Assembly: GCA_964388275.1 (NCBI GenBank)
Contig: CAYLZD010000003.1
Span: 52,638 to 116,637 of the forward strand
Length of the DNA: 64,000 bases
Reading direction: 5' to 3'
Source: an uncultured Chromatiales bacterium
Lineage (GTDB): Bacteria; Bacteroidota; Ignavibacteria; SZUA-365
Positions within the stretch are counted from its first letter, which is position 1. Every line of letters begins with the position of its first letter. Below are positions 29,216-38,941 of this stretch, piece after piece. A program made the translations under genes and the position numbers. Below the pieces are notes generated by a model. It worked only from the letters and a program-made list of their open reading frames with translations. It did no database searches and was not told the origin of the DNA.

Positions 29216-30660
29216 GCAGACGTCTCCGGCATGTCTCCATCGACGCCGCCGGACTTCTCGGGCCGGAGAAGTTTAGCATACAATTGGTCCCGCGGCACAC
29301 AACCGGTCGGAAACTGGCCGAGTTCGTTATCCTTCCGGCGCATCAGGTCGCTGCAGAAACTCACCGCCAGGCAGACGCACCCTGCCCGCATCGCGCCGGT
29401 TTTCAAAACGTCGCGCGCGAAATCCGGATACGCCAGCGCGCCGCGGCCGACTGCCGCTATCGTGACCCGCCCGCGCCGTATGTTGGATTCGGCTGCATGC
29501 GCCAGCCAGCGTTGCAGCCAGGAGTAACCAGTGCCCACCACGGCAAGATCGGGGAAATGCTTCTGGATGGCCGCCGTCGCCCGAAAATGCCTGTCAACTC
29601 CGACAAGCGGATGCTCGGGCGCTTCATAACTCCCCACGGACGGACGCTCGTAAGGCCGACCGATATGGGGGTTCCAATACGGGCTTCCCAGAGAAACATT
29701 CAGAAGGCTTACGCCGCATCCGACAAGCATGCGCACAAGATCGAGCGGCTCGCGCAAATCCATCCTGAGCGGATCCTCCGGATCGTTGCCGAAACCGTGT
29801 TCGTAAGGAAGCTGTATGGCGGCCGGCGTCCCGGCGCCGCTCCTCGGATCGCTTGAGAAGGGTATGCCGTCGTAGGCGTTAATGCGCGAAGCGAGAATGA
29901 GCCGCCCGCCCGTCCTGTCGGCGATTTTGCCGAGCGCGTTCCTGGCGAAACGCGTGCGGTTCTCGAAGCAGCCGCCGTATGGACCGGGACGATTGCGCGC
30001 GCCGAGGAGTTCGTGCAGAAGATAAGAATGGCATTGCTTCAAGTCCACGAAGTCGAAACCTGCCCGTTCCGCCAGAGCCGCCGCCTCGGCGTACGCGTCC
30101 TCCAGACGCTCGAGATAGTCGTCGGTCACCGCGGGCCAGTTCCTGTCGACCGTCTTTCCCGCGGCGCGGTCAATGAAAGTGCGCTGATCCACTACCGGGT
30201 TGTGCGCCGCTATCATGGGCTTTTGGAAACTGTAACGGCCCGAATGAGTCAATTGCAGACCGATCAGGAGACCGCGATCGTCGCCCATCATCTCGCGATG
30301 CGCGATTCGGGCTTCCCTGACGAGTTTTTCGAACCGGCCGAGATTCTTCACGGTTATCCACAGTTGCCTGGGATTTGCGCGTCCTTCGGGCACTACGGCG
30401 GTGGCTTCGCCCCAAATCAGGGCAGCGCCTCCGGCGCCGAAACGCCGCCAGCGGCGGAAAGTGAGTTCGTCCGGCGTTCCGTCGAGCGTGCCGTCGCAGC
30501 CTTCCATCGGGTGAATGCCGAGGCGGTTCGCGAGCAGCCTGCTCCCAATCCGGAGCGGACGGGCTACGGCTTCAACCGGTTCTTCGAGCGTGATATCGAC
30601 ACCGAGCGAAGCAACGTCGCCGCGCAGTTCTTCTATGGATCTGTATTTGAAATAGCGCAC
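29212..30660 (-). CDS. Old Yellow Enzyme-family NADH:flavin oxidoreductase (FMN TIM barrel)
   Basis: 482 aa with HPMEG, LQLTHSGR and DLKQCHSYLLHELLGARNR motifs. The longest ORF starts at GTG. Confidence 0.8.
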   Translation of the reverse strand: MRYFKYRSIEELRGDVASLGVDITLEEPVEAVARPLRIGSRLLANRLGIHPMEGCDGTLDGTPDELTFRRWRRFGAGGAALIWGEATAVVPEGRANPRQLWITVKNLGRFEKLVREARIAHREMMGDDRGLLIGLQLTHSGRYSFQKPMIAAHNPVVDQRTFIDRAAGKTVDRNWPAVTDDYLERLEDAYAEAAALAERAGFDFVDLKQCHSYLLHELLGARNRPGPYGGCFENRTRFARNALGKIADRTGGRLILASRINAYDGIPFSSDPRSGAGTPAAIQLPYEHGFGNDPEDPLRMDLREPLDLVRMLVGCGVSLLNVSLGSPYWNPHIGRPYERPSVGSYEAPEHPLVGVDRHFRATAAIQKHFPDLAVVGTGYSWLQRWLAHAAESNIRRGRVTIAAVGRGALAYPDFARDVLKTGAMRAGCVCLAVSFCSDLMRRKDNELGQFPTGCVPRDQLYAKLLRPEKSGGVDGDMPETSA

Positions 30661-30678
30661 GGTTTCCCGACGGACGAA

Positions 30679-31218
30679 TCAGACGAGGAGGACGCCTTCT
30701 ATCTGCAGCAGCAGCTTCTTCCGCTCTATGCCGCCGCCGAAACCGGTCAAAGCGCCCTTCTCTCCTATGACGCGATGACACGGGACCACTATCGGAAGCG
30801 GGTTGCGGCCGAGGGCGCCTCCGACCGCCCTTGCTGACTCCGGATTGCCCAGCATTGCGGCGACGGCTTTGTAAGTCGTGGTAGTCCCGTACGGTATTGT
30901 GCGGAGAGCCGTCCACACCTGCAGTTGAAACTGGGTTCCGAGGAGCGTGAGCTTCAAGGTGAAACGCCTCAAGCCGCCGGAGAAATATTGATCCAGTTCC
31001 CTGCGGGCTTTGTCGTGTTCGCCGTCAGCCTGTTTGATTTCATACCCGCTGAAGTTGCGCGCGAGAAATTGATCGATCTCCCGCTGTATCCGGTCCGTGT
31101 CGAAGCCGATGAAGCAAAAAACTTCCCCTCTGCTCAACAGGTGCAGCCGCCCGACGGGAGAATCGTGCCGCGACAGAGTTATTCGATTTTCGGATGTTCG
31201 GGTTTTTTTTGCGGTCAT
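30679..31218 (-). CDS. ogt: methylated-DNA--protein-cysteine methyltransferase
   Basis: The active-site PCHRV motif and TTYKAVAAMLGNPESARAVGGALGRNPLPIVVPCHRVIG identify the family. Start ATG 31218; an A8 tract covers codons 4-6. Confidence 0.85.
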   Translation of the reverse strand: MTAKKTRTSENRITLSRHDSPVGRLHLLSRGEVFCFIGFDTDRIQREIDQFLARNFSGYEIKQADGEHDKARRELDQYFSGGLRRFTLKLTLLGTQFQLQVWTALRTIPYGTTTTYKAVAAMLGNPESARAVGGALGRNPLPIVVPCHRVIGEKGALTGFGGGIERKKLLLQIEGVLLV

Positions 31219-31395
31219 GACCTGTCCCGCTGACGTGGACAGTGGAGGCATAACGAAAGAATCTACGCGATTTTTCCGCCATCAGCAAAGGCGGCTTCAT
31301 TGAAGCCGCGGCGTGCTGCTTCCCTCTCCCGCCGGTTTTTCAGACAAGCGGAAAGGGCTTATTTTCCCGCATCACAAGGCCGTTTCCGTCCATCC

Positions 31396-32418
31396 ATGAA
31401 GAAAGCACTGATATTGCGCCTGAGTTCGATAGGCGACGTCGTACTCACGACTCCTTTCCTCCGGGCATTGAAAAGGGCCCGGCCGGAGTGGGAAATCCAT
31501 GTTGCGGTCAGGCGCGAATACGCCGATCTTCTGCGCTATCACCCGGCCGTAAGCCGCCTGCACGAGATCGATGTGTCCGCCGGTGTGCGCGGATTGCTCG
31601 AAGCCAATCGCCTCTTCCGTTCCTCGGGTTATGATAAGGTTTACGATCTCCACAACACGCCCCGGACGCGTTTGCTGCGCCTCGGAGCGGCACCCGATCT
31701 GCGAGTCGTGCGCAAGCGGAGTCTGCGCCGTTTCCTTCTGGTGCGCTGCGGTGTGCCGATCCGGGGAAACACGGTTCCCGTCGCGGAGCGCTATATTGAA
31801 ACCGCCCGCGCCGACGGCGCCGTACCTGACCGTGAGGGGCCTGAACTGTATTTCCCCGGCGAAATATGGGATGGGATAACAAAACGCATTGCGTCATTCC
31901 TGAAAGGCCGCAGCATACCCTTGCTGGCTATTTGTCCGGGCGCCCGGCACGAAACCAAGCGATGGCCTGTCGAGCATTTCATCGCTTTGCGGGATCTAGT
32001 CCTGCGGGAGACGAACGCGGGCATATTGCTGCTAGGCGGTCCTTCCGACTCGGAGAGAGCCGAAGCTCTCTCGGCCGCAGTCGAAGACAGAGTGCTGAAC
32101 CTCTGTGCCTCGGCATCATTGCCGGAAAGCGCGGCGGCGATGGACCACTGCTCAGCCGTGTTGAGCAACGACAGCGGTCTCATGCACATGGCCTGCGCGC
32201 GCGGGATACCTGTCGTCGCGTTGTTCGGTTGCACATCCAGAGAGTTCGGCTTCTTCCCCTATAACAGCGCATCCAGGGTTCACGAGATACATGGCCTGAC
32301 ATGCCGGCCCTGCACACATATCGGATTGCCTCGGTGTCCGGAAGAGCATTTCCGCTGCATGCGGGAAATAACTCCGGAATCGGTGTTCATGTCCCTTTCT
32401 GAGCATCTTGGCGCTTAG
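31396..32418 (+). CDS. glycosyltransferase family 9 (heptosyltransferase-family)
   Basis: 340 aa starting MKKALILRLSSIGDVVLTTPFLRALK; ADP-heptose:LPS heptosyltransferase-like GT-B. Confidence 0.75.
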   Translation: MKKALILRLSSIGDVVLTTPFLRALKRARPEWEIHVAVRREYADLLRYHPAVSRLHEIDVSAGVRGLLEANRLFRSSGYDKVYDLHNTPRTRLLRLGAAPDLRVVRKRSLRRFLLVRCGVPIRGNTVPVAERYIETARADGAVPDREGPELYFPGEIWDGITKRIASFLKGRSIPLLAICPGARHETKRWPVEHFIALRDLVLRETNAGILLLGGPSDSERAEALSAAVEDRVLNLCASASLPESAAAMDHCSAVLSNDSGLMHMACARGIPVVALFGCTSREFGFFPYNSASRVHEIHGLTCRPCTHIGLPRCPEEHFRCMREITPESVFMSLSEHLGA

Positions 32419-32616
32419 CGACGACGCGCGCGTTCTCCCGGCAGCGCATGCCGCAACGCTGGGCGATCGAGAGCGTCATCGCCTTTCAGCGCCTGCTCAC
32501 GGCGCTCTATCTTTGTTGCTCATTCCAATATTTGCTAGCTTTCGGCGTTGACAACACAAGGCGGCACAAGCCGCTGCCTGAACGTATTCCCCACTAACAG
32601 GACCGGAGTACCTGCC

Positions 32617-34878
32617 ATGAAGATCAGGAAGGAAGACGCCCTTGAATACCACAGCATGGGACGAAAGGGCAAAATTGAAGTCATTACGACCAAACCTTGC
32701 GTGACTCAACGCGACCTGTCCCTCGCCTATACGCCCGGCGTCGCGGAACCCTGCCGCGAGATACACAAGGACGACGACAAGGTCTTCGAGTATACCGCCA
32801 AGGGAAATCTCGTGGCCGTTATCTCCAACGGAACTGCGGTGCTCGGCCTCGGCGACATCGGTCCTCACGCCGGCAAGCCGGTCATGGAGGGCAAGGGCGT
32901 GCTGTTCAAAACCTTCGCTGATATTGACGTCTTCGATATAGAACTGTGCTCCAAGGATGTACAGGAGGTGATCCGCGTCTGCCAGTTGCTGGAACCGACT
33001 TTCGGAGGCATAAATCTTGAGGATATCAAGGGTCCCGAATGCTTCTACATCGAGGAGGAGCTGAAGCGCACGATGAAGATCCCGGTTTTTCACGACGACC
33101 AGCATGGGACCGCCATAATCAGCGGCGCCGCGCTGCTCAACGCCGTAGAGCTGGCAGGCAAGAAGATTGACGAAGTCAAGGTTGTGTTCAACGGCGCGGG
33201 TGCGTCCGGCATTGCCTGCGCGAAGTTCCATATCAGTCTCGGCGTGAAGAAGGAGAACGTGACGCTCTGCGACACGAAGGGAGTGATTTACAAGGGCCGC
33301 ACTGAACACATGAACGAGTTCAAGGAGTTTTTCGCGACGGATACGACGGCCCGCACGCTGGCTGATGCGCTGGTTGGCGCCGACGTGTTCGTGGGGCTTT
33401 CGTCCGGCAATGTGGTATCGCAGGACATGGTGCGCAGCATGGCGCCGAATCCCGTCATTTTCGCGATGGCGAATCCGGATCCTGAAATCACTTACGAGGA
33501 CGCGGTGGCGGCGAGACCCGACATCATCATTGCCACAGGCCGTTCCGATTATCCGAACCAGGTCAACAACGTGCTGGGATTTCCGTTCATTTTCCGCGGA
33601 GCGCTCGACGTCGGCGCGACGGCGATCAACGAGGAGATGAAAAAGGCGGCTTCGCTGGCTCTTGCCCGGCTGGCGCGCGAGGAAGTGCCCGAGACGGTCA
33701 AGCGGGCATACAGCGTGACGGACATGAGTTTCGGCCGCGAGTACATCATACCCAAACCTTTCGATCCGCGCGTTCTCACCTGGGTTGCGCCGGCAGTGGC
33801 ACAGGCGGCAATGGACACCGGCGTCGCCCGCAAGCCCATCCACGACCTGGACGATTACCGCCATCGCCTCGACATACGCATGGGCCGCGCTCAGGTGATA
33901 ATGACGCCGATCTACGAAAAGGCAAACCGCAATCCGGGCCGCATAGTCCTTCCGGAGGGAGACCAGCCGAGGATCATTCACGCGGCTCAGCTGGCCGTTG
34001 ATGAAGGCATCGCAAAACCGATACTGCTTGGCAACCATGAATCCATTAAGACGATCGCAGACGAGCACGGATACGATCTCACCGGGATCGAAATAGTCGA
34101 TCCGCGCACATCGGAGAAAACGGAATCGTACATCCGTGAATATCATACGCTGCGGAACAGAAAAGGCATCACGCTCTACTACGCCCGGCAGCACTTGCGC
34201 AACATGAAGAATTACTTCGGCGCGATGATGGTCCACATGGGCGACGCCGAAGGAATGGTCTCCGGCTACACGTCGCATTATCCGGACACCATCCGCCCCG
34301 CGCTGGAGATTATCGGCCGCGATCCGCGATACAGCCGTGTATCGGGCTTGTACATCCTGTCCTTTAAAAAGCAGGCGTATTTCCTCGCTGACACGACTGT
34401 CAACATCGATCCTTCGGCTGAGATTCTCGCCGACATCACGTGCCAGGCGGCGGAGTTCACGGCGAATTTCGACATAAAGCCGCGGGTCGCGCTGCTCTCT
34501 TTCAGCAATTTCGGGAGCAATCTCGAGGCTTCCCCTCTGAAGGTGCGCGAGGCCCTCGAGATCGTGAAGCGGCGGATGCCCGATCTGATGGTGGACGGCG
34601 AAATGCAGGCCGACACGGCTGTGGTCCCGGAGATCATCAACGAGACCTTCCCGTTCTGCACGTTGAAAGGCGGCGCGAATGTATTGATATTCCCCGATCT
34701 TAATTCAGGCAACATATCCTACAAACTGCTGAGCAGGATCGGCGGCGCCAAACCGATCGGACCGATTCTGCTCGGCATGTCGAAGCCCGTGCACGTCCTG
34801 CAGCGTGGCGCGGACGCGCAAGAGATTCTCGACATGGTCGCAATCACCGTGGTAGACGCGATAAGCAAGCGCGCGTGA
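32617..34878 (+). CDS. maeB: NADP-dependent malic enzyme (malic enzyme + phosphate acetyltransferase-like domain)
   Basis: 753 aa. The N-terminal half is malic enzyme ([30 protein letters not shown]) and the C-terminal half is PTA-like. Confidence 0.9.
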   Translation: MKIRKEDALEYHSMGRKGKIEVITTKPCVTQRDLSLAYTPGVAEPCREIHKDDDKVFEYTAKGNLVAVISNGTAVLGLGDIGPHAGKPVMEGKGVLFKTFADIDVFDIELCSKDVQEVIRVCQLLEPTFGGINLEDIKGPECFYIEEELKRTMKIPVFHDDQHGTAIISGAALLNAVELAGKKIDEVKVVFNGAGASGIACAKFHISLGVKKENVTLCDTKGVIYKGRTEHMNEFKEFFATDTTARTLADALVGADVFVGLSSGNVVSQDMVRSMAPNPVIFAMANPDPEITYEDAVAARPDIIIATGRSDYPNQVNNVLGFPFIFRGALDVGATAINEEMKKAASLALARLAREEVPETVKRAYSVTDMSFGREYIIPKPFDPRVLTWVAPAVAQAAMDTGVARKPIHDLDDYRHRLDIRMGRAQVIMTPIYEKANRNPGRIVLPEGDQPRIIHAAQLAVDEGIAKPILLGNHESIKTIADEHGYDLTGIEIVDPRTSEKTESYIREYHTLRNRKGITLYYARQHLRNMKNYFGAMMVHMGDAEGMVSGYTSHYPDTIRPALEIIGRDPRYSRVSGLYILSFKKQAYFLADTTVNIDPSAEILADITCQAAEFTANFDIKPRVALLSFSNFGSNLEASPLKVREALEIVKRRMPDLMVDGEMQADTAVVPEIINETFPFCTLKGGANVLIFPDLNSGNISYKLLSRIGGAKPIGPILLGMSKPVHVLQRGADAQEILDMVAITVVDAISKRA

Positions 34879-34970
34879 CACGCAGGCAGCCCCGCTGATC
34901 CTGCTTCCGCCATGACGCCGCTTTTTTCGAGTTGATCGCGGAAGGCAGATCTCACATCCTGAAATATTGA

Positions 34971-35012
34971 AAGCGCGCCGGCCTAGACGATCGCAGGCCG
35001 GCGCGCTTTCAA
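34971..35012. terminator. GC-rich perfect 15-bp hairpin between convergent maeB and the Yip1-family gene (weak/atypical terminator)
   Basis: gaaagcgcgccggcc-N12-ggccggcgcgctttc. There is no strong U-tract on either strand. Confidence 0.35.
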
Positions 35013-35107
35013 ATGTTATGCCGGGGGCAGTCGCTACCGCGAAAAATGCGAAGCCGTGAACGGATACCGCATAGTCGCTGAGGACGGAATAAAAAACCTC
35101 ATGGATT

Positions 35108-35692
35108 TCACATCACCCCGAACATGGACAAGCCGAATATGCCAACGATTATGCTGGTCAGAATCGCCCCGATGACGAAATAGACAAGTATCAGCACAAC
35201 AGCCGTCACTATCATATAGACCACAACTTTATCCTGCGGCGTCTTCTTCACAACCGGAAATCCCAGATATAGCAGATAAATGCTGTACAAGCCGAAGAGA
35301 GTCCCGAGTACCGCGATCGGCGGAAATATCGCCAGTATGCCTCCCAGCCATGAAGGTGTGTAGGCATAGGCGACCAGTTGGAAACTGCGGCCGAAGTCTT
35401 TTTCAGAGCCGAAAGACGGCGCCAGAAGATCCACCACAAGGGCGGTGACGAAGACTCCAACAATTGTGAGAATCAGGTTCTGCAAACCGAATGCAATCCC
35501 AGCGCTGAGTCCTTTGAAGAAGGCCATACCGAAAAGCCAGTATCCTATGAAGGCAGCAGCCGCGGAAATCAAAGCGAGCGGCAGGACATAACCTGTGGTT
35601 ATGCTGCCGACGTCGGGTGTTTCCTCGGCGATAACCGGCCACTCGTTTTTCGGGGCCGTGATGATGTTTTTAGCACGATCGATCAGGTTCAT
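35108..35692 (-). CDS. Yip1-domain family membrane protein
   Basis: 194 aa from MNLIDRAKNIITAPKNEWPVIA with 5 TM helices. The track ORF extends upstream to 35914. Confidence 0.5.
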   Translation of the reverse strand: MNLIDRAKNIITAPKNEWPVIAEETPDVGSITTGYVLPLALISAAAAFIGYWLFGMAFFKGLSAGIAFGLQNLILTIVGVFVTALVVDLLAPSFGSEKDFGRSFQLVAYAYTPSWLGGILAIFPPIAVLGTLFGLYSIYLLYLGFPVVKKTPQDKVVVYMIVTAVVLILVYFVIGAILTSIIVGIFGLSMFGVM

Positions 35693-35924
35693 CGTTTCTC
35701 CTGTATTTGAAGGATAGGATGTGAATGCTTGATTGGAGTCGAGAGTCCGCAACTGCGCGCAATACCCCTGTCGCGGAGATATGCCGACCTTGTCGCTGTG
35801 CGGATGATCGGAATTTGACTCTTTTATCGGGAAAATGCAATAGCCGGCCTGCAGTACGTCAAAACGGACGACGGCGCCCCGCATGAAACCGGGCGCCGTC
35901 GCAGAATCCCGCATATTCGAGGAA

Positions 35925-37472
35925 TCAGATCTTCTCAGACACCAGTTTCGCCTGAGTGAACAGCAGCAGATAGTCGCGTCCTCCGGCCTTGGAATCGGTG
36001 CCGCTCATGTTGAAACCGCCGAAGGGATGCACACCGACCAGAGCGCCGGTGCATTTCCGGTTGAAGTACAGATTTCCGACATGAAAATCCCGCCTTGCGA
36101 TTTCGAGGTGTTCGCGCTTGGGCGAATACACCGCGCCTGTCAGGCCATACCTTGTGTTGTTCGCGATTTCAAGCGCGTGCTTGAAATCCCTCGCCTTTAT
36201 GACGGCCAGCACGGGTCCGAAAATTTCCTCCTGAGAAATGGTATCCATCGGCTTCACGTTAGTGATAATGGTCGGCTGCACAAACCAGCCCGGACCTTCG
36301 GCGCGCGCTCCGCCCACGACCGCCTTGCCTTTTTCCCTTTTCGCAGTATCGATGTATTTGAGTATCGAGTTCATGGACTGCTGGTTGACGACTGGACCCA
36401 TGTAGACATTCTGTCCGGGATCTCCCACTTCGAGTTTCTTTCCCTCTTCTACCAGCTTTTCGACGAAACTGTCGTATATGGCCGCGTGCACGATAACGCG
36501 GCTGCAGGCCGAGCATTTCTGCCCCTGGAAGCCGAATGCCGAGGCCAGCGTCCCCTTGACTGCGTCGTCCACATCGACGCCCTCGTCGACGACGATGGAG
36601 TCCTTCCCGCCCATTTCAGCGATCACGCGCTTGATCCAGATCTGGCCGGGCGCATTCTTCGCGGCGACTTCGTTTATATGCAGACCCACCTCCATGGAGC
36701 CGGTGAAGGCGATGAAGCGGATTTTCGGGTGAGCAACGAGGTAATCGCCCACCGAAGCGCCGGGTCCGGGAATGAAGTTCACGACACCGGCCGGCAGTCC
36801 GGCTTCCGCGAGTATTTCCATCAGCAGCCATGCCATCATCGGGGCATCCGACGAAGGTTTCAGAAGCACGGTATTGCCCGCAACGAGCGAAGCGGTGGTC
36901 ATGCCCGCCATTATCGCGAACGGGAAATTCCAGGGAGGAATTACCAAGCCGACGCCGAGCGGGATATAGGTAAGCGCGTTCTTCTCGCCGGGGTAAGGGA
37001 TCAGCGGCTGAGGAGCGGCGAGACGCAGCATTTCGCGGCCGTAGAATTCCAGAAAATCGATGGCTTCGGCGGTATCCGCATCGGCTTCCGTGTAGTTCTT
37101 GCCGACTTCCTTTATCATCCATGCATTGATCTCGAAACGTCTGCGGCGCATGATCCGGGCGGCTTTGAAAAGAAATGCTGCGCGTTCCTTGGGAGCGACG
37201 TTCTTCCAGACTTCGAAGGTCTTGAGGGCGGTTTTCAGCGCCTTCTCCGCGAGCGCGGTGTCCGCTTTGCTGAATCTGCCGATCACCTCGCCGGTCCGGC
37301 CCGGATTTATCGAGATGATCTCGTTTGCAGTGCGAACTTTTCCGCCGCCTATGATAAGAGGATACGATTTTCCGAGTTTTGACTGGACCAGCTTCAGGGC
37401 TGCTTGCTGCTTTTTGAGGTTTGCGGGTTTCGTGAAATCGGTTATCGCTTCGTTGCGGAATTCTGTCGGCAT
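35925..37472 (-). CDS. rocA: L-glutamate gamma-semialdehyde (1-pyrroline-5-carboxylate) dehydrogenase
   Basis: 515 aa with aldehyde dehydrogenase catalytic residues (FGFQGQKCSACSRV, ELGGK-like EMGGKD); RocA/PruA-type. Confidence 0.85.
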   Translation of the reverse strand: MPTEFRNEAITDFTKPANLKKQQAALKLVQSKLGKSYPLIIGGGKVRTANEIISINPGRTGEVIGRFSKADTALAEKALKTALKTFEVWKNVAPKERAAFLFKAARIMRRRRFEINAWMIKEVGKNYTEADADTAEAIDFLEFYGREMLRLAAPQPLIPYPGEKNALTYIPLGVGLVIPPWNFPFAIMAGMTTASLVAGNTVLLKPSSDAPMMAWLLMEILAEAGLPAGVVNFIPGPGASVGDYLVAHPKIRFIAFTGSMEVGLHINEVAAKNAPGQIWIKRVIAEMGGKDSIVVDEGVDVDDAVKGTLASAFGFQGQKCSACSRVIVHAAIYDSFVEKLVEEGKKLEVGDPGQNVYMGPVVNQQSMNSILKYIDTAKREKGKAVVGGARAEGPGWFVQPTIITNVKPMDTISQEEIFGPVLAVIKARDFKHALEIANNTRYGLTGAVYSPKREHLEIARRDFHVGNLYFNRKCTGALVGVHPFGGFNMSGTDSKAGGRDYLLLFTQAKLVSEKI

Positions 37473-37552
37473 AAAAACCTCGAGTGATTGTGGTGCGATT
37501 ATTTTTTTACTGGTCGGGTGGAACGCCCGCCGCGACCGGGATGCTCCCGGTT

Positions 37553-38446
37553 TCAAAGGCGGAGCTTTATGCGGAGTTGCCCGTCTATTATGATTGAAGC
37601 CACGCTGTCGAGTTTGGAAATGACGCCGTCGAGACGGCGTGCCAGGGTGGTGTCGCTCACCAGTTTGCGGAAGGCGCCCTGGCTGTCGCGCAATTCCTTG
37701 ACGATGATGTGAACATCGGCCAGCAGGGTGTCGGCTCTGCCTGCGATTCGTTCCGCCTGGTCGATTCCTCTGTTCAGGCGCGGGCTCAATTCTGCGAGCA
37801 TTTCGTCACCACGCAGGGAGAGACGCGTCAGTGTGGCCGATATCTCGTTTATGTTCGCCTTGTTGGCGTCGGTCAAATCGCGCATCGTTCGCGCCACGAC
37901 GCGCAGGTGCTCCAGGGTTTCCCTCGCAGCGTCCGCAAGCTCTTTATCCCCGAGCAGGGAGTTGGCGTTGTCGAGCAGCGCCGCGGTTTTGTCAGCGAGT
38001 GTGTCCACGCGTCCCCGCAAGCTTCCCAGCATGCCGAGGGCGCCGGCGATGTCGGGATCGACAATGCCGCGGAGTTCTCGCGACGGATCGTGTAACTTCG
38101 GACCGATCCCCTGCCTGATCTCGATTTTCTTGCCGCCCATCAACTCGAGCATTTGAATGACCGGCGAGGCGTCCTCGGCGAGTTTGTATCGCTCATCTAT
38201 ATCGGCCGTTACCAGCACGCCGGCGCCGTCCACTATGACTTCGCGCACCTTGCCGGCTTTTACGCCGTTTATCGTGACCGGATCGCCCGACTGCAGTCCC
38301 GCGCTGTTTTCGAATCTCATTTTCAATGCTTCCGTCTCATCGGAAAGCGTCCAATCTTTCAGGAGGAAAAATCCGATAAGAAGCAGCAACGCACCGAGCA
38401 GAACTGTCATACCGACACGGAATTCACTTTTTCGCTGATCTTTCAC
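37553..38446 (-). CDS. mlaD: MlaD/Mce-family protein
   Basis: N-terminal TM anchor plus an MCE domain (KMRFENSAGLQSGDPVTINGVKAGKVREV). Confidence 0.75.
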   Translation of the reverse strand: MKDQRKSEFRVGMTVLLGALLLLIGFFLLKDWTLSDETEALKMRFENSAGLQSGDPVTINGVKAGKVREVIVDGAGVLVTADIDERYKLAEDASPVIQMLELMGGKKIEIRQGIGPKLHDPSRELRGIVDPDIAGALGMLGSLRGRVDTLADKTAALLDNANSLLGDKELADAARETLEHLRVVARTMRDLTDANKANINEISATLTRLSLRGDEMLAELSPRLNRGIDQAERIAGRADTLLADVHIIVKELRDSQGAFRKLVSDTTLARRLDGVISKLDSVASIIIDGQLRIKLRL

Positions 38447-38642
38447 GATTTGTCCTCATATGAGCATGATCTCCGGGCGGGGCGCATCGCGATCCGTACG
38501 CCTTACGGCCCTTGACTGCGGACGGCGGAATCGATAGTCGTGCGCTATATCCGAGCGGCCGGCTGTCCGTGGCCGACCTATCGATACAAAGGTAGCAAAG
38601 CGCGCGGGAAGCTCAAATCCGACCGACGGCGGGCGAATCGCG

Positions 38643-38897
38643 TCAGGCGTCCTCCGGGCCGGAAAACAGGGCATCGAGAGGATTCGACGCCGGCCTGGGA
38701 CGGAGAGCGTACGTTTCGTGAAGTTCCATCAATCTTCCTTTCGCGAGCTGATCGAGTTCCTCGTCATCTTTGTCCCGTTTCGCGAGCTTCTCGAAATCCC
38801 GGCGGTCGGCCGGAATCATTCGCGCCTCGTGTGCGCGCAGATCGGACACCATGCGATGCTGCTCCACGAAAGTCATAGCAACATGGTCGCGAGCCAT
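38643..38897 (-). CDS. hypothetical small acidic protein
   Basis: 84 aa starting MARDHVAMTFVEQHRMVSDLRAH, with a SD AGGAGG 8 nt upstream. No recognisable domain. Confidence 0.4.
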   Translation of the reverse strand: MARDHVAMTFVEQHRMVSDLRAHEARMIPADRRDFEKLAKRDKDDEELDQLAKGRLMELHETYALRPRPASNPLDALFSGPEDA

Positions 38898-38941
38898 AAG
38901 CATATCCTCCTGTTGATTGTGTATCGGTAGCGCGTCCGCTG

